NCBI GenBank assembly: GCA_026770705.1
Contig: JANJGN010000027.1
Coordinates: 16,864,001 to 16,928,000 of the forward strand
From: Isurus oxyrinchus
Lineage: Eukaryota
Direction: 5' to 3'
DNA length: 64,000 nucleotides
Each line of letters opens with the position of its first letter. Position 1 is the first letter of the stretch. The notes under the pieces were generated by a model that did not search any database, was not told the origin of the DNA, and was given only the letters and a program-made list of their open reading frames with translations. The position numbers and the translations under genes were made by a program. Shown piece by piece: positions 56,190-64,000 of this stretch.

Positions 56190-56945
56190 TTTTAATTTTT
56201 TCTTTCATTGGATGTGGCATTTATTGCCTATCCCCTAATTGCCCCTGAGAGCATGATGGTGAGCAGCAGCCTTGAACTGCTGCAGTCCATTTAAGTACAC
56301 CCATAATGCTGTCAGGAAAGGAGTTCCAGGGTTTTGATCCAACAACAATAAAAGAAGGGTGATATAGCTCCGAGTCAGGATGCTATGCTGCTAGGAGGGG
56401 AACCTCCAGATGGTGGTGTTTCCATGCATCTGCTGCCCTTGTCCTTCTACATGGTAGAGGTTGAGGGTTTGAAAGGTGCTGTCAAAAGAGCCTTGGTGAG
56501 TTACTGCTGTGCATCTGGTAGATGCTGCACACTGCTGTCACTGTGTGTCGCTGATGAAAGGAGTGAATGTTTAAGGTGGTGCATGGGGGTACCAATCAAG
56601 CGGGCTGCTTTGTTCTAGATGGTGTCAAGCTTCTTGAGTGTTGTTGGAGCTACTCATCCAGGCAAGTGGGGGACATTCCACCACAATCCTGGCTTGTGCC
56701 TTGTAGATGGTGGACAGGTTTTGGGGAGTTAAGTGGTGAATTAGTTGCTGTAGAATTCCCAGTCTCTGACCTTCTTTTGTAGCCACAGTATTTATATGGC
56801 TAGTCCAGTTCAGTTTTGGTCAATGGTAATCCCCAAGATGTTGATAGTGAGGGATTCACTGTTGATAGTGATGGTAATGTTATTGAATTTCAAGGGGTGA
56901 TAGTTGGATTCACTCTTGTTGGAGATGGTCATTGCCTGGCACTTG
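56190..56945 (-). mobile_element. Family-A LINE 3' fragment
   Basis: Reverse complement of ~2545-3280 and ~63175-63935 (ESLTINILGITIDQ; ttggagctactcatccaggcaagtgg). Confidence 0.88.
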
Positions 56946-57031
56946 AAACTTCTAAATGCACCGCAGATTTTTGGAAAAGCAAATACAAAAGGAGGTTTTT
57001 GAGATTGAGAGCACCTGCAAGCCACATTTCA

Positions 57032-57228
57032 TGACTTGGAACCATATCACTGTTCCTGGATTAAAATCTTAGAATTCCTTTCCTAACAGCACTGTGGGTG
57101 TACTTGGACCAGATGGACTGCAGTGGTTCAAGAGGGTGGCTTATCACTACATTCTCAAGGACACTTAGGGATGGACAATAAATGCTGTCTTTGCCTGCAA
57201 CACCCACATCCCATGAAGGAATAAGAAA
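57032..57228 (+). mobile_element. Family-A LINE 3' tail
   Basis: cctaacagcactgtgggtgtac...ggactgcagtggttcaag...gggatggacaataaatgc...cccacatcccatgaa. Confidence 0.85.
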
Positions 57229-58274
57229 AGGTACAAGATGGATTTAGATCTTTAGAGTCACCATAAAGATGAAAATTTGTGTTTATAAATGCATCAGCAG
57301 AATTAAAACAGATATCTAGGCTGTTGTAAAAAATCTTCAGTGATTTTTGTTAACCAGCATGATGGAAACCAAAAACAAATAGGTTTTAAAGAAGCTGAGG
57401 GGAAGGATAAGCTGTTTTCAAATACAACATCTGGACGACATCTACCATCACTGCAATTTCATGCATAGTTAGTAATGGCGCAGATATGTGCTCCTTTCCA
57501 TAAGGGTTGCACATATGGCTGATAATCTGGAATTAGCTTCTTCGAGCAGCATTATGATCCACAACTGTTTCAATTTGTATGGTATCTTGAACAGGTCTGT
57601 TCTGATGGCTGTCTGCCATCTATGCCTCCTGTTTCATTAGAGCAATGCATTATCTATGGATTCATACCAGATCTCTCTCAGCACAGGGAATGAGTGAGAG
57701 ATTCAGTTACACAGCAGTTAATGGTGATTAATTTCCATATTGTTCTCACTAAGTATTCTAGAATAAATTTGCAAATCTAGAGAGCTCCATTCTTATTAAG
57801 AAAATCATTTATCAATTAAAAAAGACATATTAATGAATATATTTTTAGATATACATCATGATTACATAAAATTATACATTATAAATCACATAAGTGGTAC
57901 AATGATGGATAAAATTAACCAATAATATTGTATTTATACTGGTATTAAAGCTTTCCAAATTACTCTAATGTACAAAAATTCTTGGTTCCCAACACCAATG
58001 ATTACATTGAATAAACACCACAGAATCAGGTAATTTGACCCAACTAGTTTGATTCTTTAGAATCTGTTTTGTTACTTGTGTTCTGCTGATGGTCAAGGAT
58101 GTAAATTTCTTCAATAGTTACCAGTTTGCTCAAAGAAAATCTTTGAAGGTTTTGTATTTTCATTGGTGTAGCATATTGCTAGACATTGTGAAAGTAAATA
58201 CACATTCATATTCAAACCACCTTTAATTCAACAAACTTTCCATGCAAGGCAGGCTTCATTTAGCTGCTTTTATA

Positions 58275-60240
58275 AGATCATAAGAAATATGAAGAGTAGG
58301 CCATTTGGCCCATCGAGCCCAATCTGCCATTCAATAGATCATGGCTGTTCTGATTGTAGCCTTAATTTCATTTTCCTGCCTGTCAGCCATAACCTTTGAT
58401 TCCCTTGTCAAAGATCTGTCTAATTCCGCCTTGAATATACTCAATGACCTAGCCTCCACTGCTCTCTGAGGAAGGGAATTCTAAAGACTAATAACCCCAA
58501 GAGAAGCAATTCCTCGTCCGTGTCTTAAATGGGAGACCCCTTGTTTTTAAACTCTGCCCCTAGTTCTCTATTCCCCCACGAGGGCAAACATCCTCCCAGC
58601 ATTTACCCTGTCAAGCTCTCTCAGGATCTTTTATGTTTCAATAAGATCACCTCTCATTCTTCTAAACTCCAATGATTATAGGCCTAACCTGCTCAGCCTT
58701 TCCTCTTAAGACAATCCCTCCATCCCAGGAATCACCTTAGTGAAACTTCTTTGAACTGCTCCAAATGAAAGTATATCCCTCCGTAAGGAAGGAGACCAGA
58801 ACTATGCACAATATTCTGGGTGCAGTCTTTCCAATGCCATGTATAGTTGTAACAAGGCTTCCCTACTTTTATATTCGGTCCCCTTTGAAATAAGGGCCTC
58901 CTTAATTACTTGCTGTATCTGCTTGCTAACTTTGTGATTTGTGGCCAAGGAGACCCCAAATCCTCTGTACTACAGCATCACAGCATCTGCAGTCTCCTTC
59001 ATTTAAATAATCTTCTACTTTTCTATTCTTCCTGCCAAAGTGGACAACCTCTCATATTTCCACATTACACTCCATCTGCCAAGTCTTTGCCCACTCACTT
59101 AACCTATCTAGATCCCTTTGCATACTCTTCGTAACCGCCTCACAATTTGCTTTCCTACCTATTTTACACCATCAGCAAATTTGGTTACAATATTTGGCTC
59201 CCCTCATCCAAGTCAGTAATACAAGTTGTAAATAGTTGAGGCCCCAGCACAAGTCCCTGTGGCACTTCACTAATTACAGTTTGCCATCCTGAAAATGATC
59301 CATTTCCTGACTCTTTGTTTCCTGTTAGCTAGCCAATCCTCTCCCCATGCTTATATAACATTCCCAATATCATGGGGCTTTATCTTTTGCAGTAACTTTT
59401 TATGTGACATCTTCTCTAATGCTTTTTGGAAATTCAAATACACAACATGCATTGGTTTCCCTTTATCCACCCTGCTGGTTACATCCTTCAAGTACTCTAA
59501 TAAACCTGTCAAAAGCCATGCTGACAGTGCCTGATGGTATTATGATTTTCTAAATGGCCTGCTACTACCTCCTTAATAAAGGATTCTAGCATTTTCCCAA
59601 TGGCAGATGTTAGATTAGCTGGCCTACGGTTTCCTGCTTTCGGTCTCCTTCCTTTCTTGAATCGTGGTGTTGTATATGCGGTTTACTAATCCGCTGGGAT
59701 CTTTCCAGAATCTAATACATTTTGGAAGATTACAACCAATGCATCAACTATCTCTGCAGCCACTTACTTTAAGACCAGAGGATGTCGGCCATCAGGTCCA
59801 AGGAAGTTGTTAGCCTTTAGTTACAATGCCCTAGTGTAGCTACTGTCATCGGGCCTATAAACCACTCACATCAATGATTTCTTTCCTTCGCTATTTCTCA
59901 TCTCCACCCCAAACTGATTCTACATTTTGATCCTCTGATCCAAGATCATTTCTTACTCCTGTACACATCTTATCCTTTATTAATAGAGCTACCCCACCTC
60001 CTGCTCCTTTCTTCCTGTCCTTCCAAAACGTCAACTACGCTTGAATATTCAACTCCAAGCCATTGTCCCTTTGCAACTATGTCTCTGTAATGGCTATCAT
60101 TTCACATTCGTTTATTTCTATTTGTGATATCAATTCATCCACCTTGTTATGAATGCTGCGTGCAATAAGATAAAGAGCCTTTAATTCTGTATTGTTACCG
60201 TTTGAACCGATACTGAGCTTATTTGCCGTTTGTATACTCT
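58275..60240 (-). mobile_element. CR1-like LINE (family B) with an endonuclease N-terminus joined to RT and 3' end across an internal deletion
   Basis: ~60200-59970 minus reads LKALYLIARSIHNKVDELISQIEINECEMIAITET*L...KDRKKGAGGGVALLIKD (APE endonuclease). 59820-58275 holds RT remnants and the tail ggccatttggccc. Confidence 0.88.
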
Positions 60241-61271
60241 GTGTAGTTCCATTTGCTCAAGTTTCCAACAACCAGCAGCTGCATGAAGGGATAATTCTTA
60301 AATTTAATTCAACCATTAGCTAGAATGCTCGATTTTTCACAGGGCTCAGCAGTTACCTCCAGTGTAACTCTGAGCATTAAACTGCTGCATGGGTAGCAGC
60401 AATACCTGAGAACATTTTAGGTGCACCCCCTGCTAATATTACATTGTGGTGGCATCAATGACACAGTTAATAGTGGGCATTTCATGGCATCGCTGTTGAA
60501 ATTTGTCCTGTAGCAGCACAAAGTTGTGATCCTTCCCCTATAAACCTCCACTGGCACTAACATATACAGTGACGCTTAGGTGAGTTAACAGAGGATGCTC
60601 CGAGTTTGTGAAGCCATTCCTCAGGTTTCAAGCTATTAAGGAAGGAATTTGGTAAGAACTACATACCCAATTTTAAGAAAAGGATCTTCAATTCTTTGAC
60701 GCCTGTGAGGCACATCAGCTCAAACATTTTACTATGAATGTGACACTGAACAATGCATCTGTGCATTAACCAATCATAGAAAAGATATAGATCTCACCCA
60801 AAATAATCTCTTAATACTGCACTAAAGTTTTCGCTCATATTCACTGAGCCCTAGTGCACAACTTGATCCTGCAGCTTTCTGACAGAGAAGGGTACCTAAT
60901 GAGTCAAGCTGAGCAATATTGGAAGAAATTTGTGGAGATAACAATGGGGCTTAATATCCCAACTTCCAACAATAGTGCTCCAGAACTTGCCACGCCCCTA
61001 GCCAAGCTGTTCCAGTACAGTTACAACACTGGCATCTACTCACTAATGTTGAAAATTGCCCAGGTATCTGCTGTACACAAAAAGCAGGACAAATCCCACC
61101 ACACCATCAGTCTACACTCCATCAGTGAAATGATGGAAGGGATCATCAACAGTGAAATCAAGCAACACTTGTTTAGCAATAACTTGCTTACTGACACTCA
61201 GTTTGGTTTCTGCCAGTCACTCAGTTCCTGTGTTCAAATATGGACAAAAAGGCTGAATTTCAGAGGTGAGG

Positions 61272-62720
61272 GTGGGAGATGCCAGAGGACTGGAGAACAG
61301 CTAATGTGGTTCCGCTATTTAAGAAGGGTTGTAGAGATAAGCCAGGCAACTACAGACCAGTGAGACTCACCTTAGTGGTAGGGAAACTATTGGAGAAAAT
61401 TCTGAAGGAGAGAATCTGTCTCCACTTGGAGAGGCAAGGTTTGATCAGGGATAGTCAGCATGGCTTTGTTAGAGGAAGGTCATGCCTAACAAATTTGATT
61501 GAATTTTTTGAGGTGGTGACCAAGTGTGTAGATGAGGGAAGTGCAGTTGATGTAGTTTATATGGATTTCAGCAAAGCCCACAAGGTCCCATATGGGAGAC
61601 TTATAAAGAAGGCAAATGCACATGGGATAAAGGGGAATTTGATAAGGTGGATTCAAAATTGGCTTAGTTATAGGAGGCAGAGGGTGATGACAGAAGGCTG
61701 CTTTAGTGGCTGGAAGCCCGTGTCCAGTGGCATACCACAGGGATCTGTGCTCGGTTCCCTATTATTCATCATTTATATAAACGACATAGATAGCTTTGTA
61801 GGGGGTAGGATTAGTAAGTTTATTTTACAAAGATTGCCGGGTGGTTAACGGTGAGGTTGAGTGTCTTGGGCTACAGGAAGATATAGACAGGATGGTCAAA
61901 TGGTCAGATAAGTGGCAGATGGAATTTAACCCTGAAAAGTGTGAGGTAATACACTTTGGAAGGAGTAATTTGACAAGGAAGTATTCAATGAACGGCATGA
62001 TACTAGGAAGTTCTGAGGAACAAAGGGACCTTGGCGTGTGTGTCCATAGATCTCTGAACGCGGGGGGGGGGGGTGGCATGTTAGTGGGACACTTGCCTTT
62101 ATCAATTGAGGTATAGATTACAAAAGTAGGGAAGTCATGTTGGAGTTGTATAGAACCTTAGTGAGGCCACAGCTGGAGTACTGTGTGCAGTTCTGGTCGC
62201 CACATTATAGGAAGGATGTGATTGCACTGGGGGGAGTGCAGAGGAGATTCACCAGGGTGTTGCCTTGGATGAAACATTTAAATTATGAAGAGAGGTTGAA
62301 TAGACTTGGGTTGTTTTCGTTGGAGCAGAGAAGATTGAGGGGCGACCTGATCAAGGTGTACAAGATTATGAAGGGCATGGACAGGGTGGATAGGGAGCAG
62401 CTGTTCCCTTTAGTTGAAGGGTCAGTCACAAGGGGGCATAAGTTCAAGGTGAGGGGCAGGAGGTTTAAGGGGGGATGTGAGGAAAAACTTTTTTACCCAG
62501 AGGGTGGTGATGGTCTGGAATGCACTGCCTGGGAGGGTGGTGGAGGCAGGTTGCCTCACATCCTTTAAAAAGTACCTGGATGAGCACTTGGCACGTCATA
62601 ACATTCAAGGCTATGGGCCAAGTGCTGGTAATTGGGATTTGGTAGGTAGGTCAGGTGTTTCTCACATGTCGGCGCAGACTCAATGGGCTGAAGGGCCTCT
62701 CCTGCACTGTGCGATTCTGA
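61272..62720 (+). mobile_element. Relatively young CR1-like LINE (family B), 5'-truncated RT plus 3' tail, nested in family-A LINE
   Basis: PEDWRTANVVPLFKKG...NYRPV...QHGFVRGRSCLTNL...YMDFSKA...GIPQGSVLG...FNPEKCEV...RPQLEYCVQFWSPH...RRLRGDLI. Only a few frameshifts. Confidence 0.96.
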
Positions 62721-62854
62721 AGTGAGAGTGACTGTTCTTTACATCAAGGCAGCATTAGAGCAAGTGTGGTATCAGGAGCCCTAGCAAAACTGGAGTCAAT
62801 GGGAATCAGGGGAGAACTTTCCGCTGGTTGGAGTCATGCCTCACACAAGGGTAG

Positions 62855-63239
62855 ATGCCATTGAATGTCAAAAGGCAAAGGTTAGATTCTCTCCTATTGG
62901 AGTAGTCATTGCATGGCACTTGTGTGGCATGAATGTTACTTGGCACTTGTCAGCCCAAGCCTGGATATTGTCCAGGTCTTGCTGCATTTGGGCATGGACT
63001 GCTTCAGTATCTGAGGAGTCGCGAATTTTTAGGGATGTTTGCTGATGATTGTAGAACATTCAGCTTAATTCGCGACTCCTCAGATACTGAAGCAGTCCAT
63101 GCCTAAATGCAGCAAGACCTGGACAATATCCAGGCTTGGGCTGACAAGTGCCAAGTAACATTCATGCCACACAAGTGCCACGCAATGACCACTCCAATAG
63201 GAGAGAATCTAACTATTCCCCTTTGACATTCAATGGCAT
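62855..63239. repeat. Long inverted repeat: two 173-bp arms with a 39-bp spacer
   Basis: 62855-63027 is the near-perfect reverse complement of 63067-63239. The ORF track shows the same peptide (RFSPIGVVIAWHLCGMNVTWHLSAQAWILSRSCCI) on both strands. Confidence 0.95.
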
Positions 63240-64000
63240 TTCCATCACTGAATCCTCCACTATCAACATCCCTGGGGGTTACCACTGACCAGAAACTGAA
63301 CTGGACTAACTATATAAATACTGCGGCTACAAGAGCAGGTCAGAGGTTCAGAATCCTGCCACGAGTAACTCAACCCGCTACTCCCCAAAGCCTGTCCACC
63401 ATCTACAAGGCACAAGTCAGGAGTGTAAAGGAATACTTTCCATTTGCCTGGATGAGTGCAGCTCCAACACACTCCAGAAGCTTGACACCATCCAGAACAA
63501 AGCAGCTTGCATGATTGGCACCCCATCTACAAACGTTCACTCCCTCCATCACTGACGCACAGTGGCAGCAGTGTATATCATCTATAAGATGCTCTGCAGG
63601 AACTCAACAAGGCTCTTTCAGCAGCAGCTTCAAAACCCATGACCACAATCATTTAGAAGGACATGGGCAGCAGATAGATGGGAACACCACCGCCTGGAAG
63701 TTCCCCTCCAAGCCACTCACCATTCTGACTTGGAAATATATCATAGTTCCTTCACTGTCACTGGGTCAAAATCCTGGAACTCTCTCCCTAACAGCACTGT
63801 AAGTGTACCTACACCGCATGGACTGCAGTGGTTCAAGGAGATAGTTCACCAACATCTTCTCAAGGGCAATTCGGAATGGACAATAAATGTTGGCCTAGCC
63901 AGTGATGCTCACATCCCATGAATGAATAATAAAAAAGGATGCAGACAGATTTGGCACATTAAATGCTGAAATGTTTGAAACAAAGTCACAATCAGTCCAA

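Larger units (their letters stand above)
60965..63936 (+). mobile_element. Family-A LINE fragment interrupted by a CR1 insertion and a fold-back duplication
   Basis: APELATPLAKLFQYSYNTGIY...QFGF...WTKRLN resumes at ~62722 (gtgagagtgactg..acatcaaggcagcatt), FADD at ~63038, tail ...cacatcccatgaatgaataataaaaaa. Confidence 0.9.

Noticed and set aside
60854-61363. 169-aa ORF as a novel gene
   Set aside because: Read-through of flanking DNA, family-A LINE RT and the out-of-frame start of the nested CR1.
62060-62075. G-run as a G-quadruplex element
   Set aside because: A simple homopolymer expansion inside a CR1 copy with no independent support.

Overview
This is eukaryotic, vertebrate, AT-rich genomic DNA. 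The repeat families point to a cartilaginous fish (inference). The window appears to lie entirely inside an adenosine kinase (ADK) gene on the minus strand. Three consecutive internal coding exons are present with GT-AG borders and matching phases: 51798-51970 (173 nt), 45856-45964 (109 nt, absent from the ORF track) and 7624-7794 (171 nt). The introns between them are 5,833 and 38,061 nt. The rest is intron containing decayed CR1-like and L2-like LINE fragments, several tRNA-derived SINE families, Harbinger-like and Tigger-like MITEs, LTR-like remnants and two Penelope-like (GIY-YIG) remnants. Almost all other ORFs in the track are transposon fragments or chance ORFs. I see no prokaryotic system, CRISPR array or intact novel gene. 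The items most worth follow-up are (i) minimal hammerhead-ribozyme motifs at the 3' ends of both Penelope-like copies, (ii) a 173-bp fold-back inverted duplication inside a LINE that also hosts a nested CR1, (iii) a tRNA/Pol III SINE head fused directly to the ORF2 of the LINE that shares its tail, (iv) a strong cryptic splice donor that would put a premature stop into ADK, and (v) motif-dense candidate conserved enhancers. Repeat family names come from recalled consensus features and need database confirmation. Boundaries of decayed repeats are approximate.
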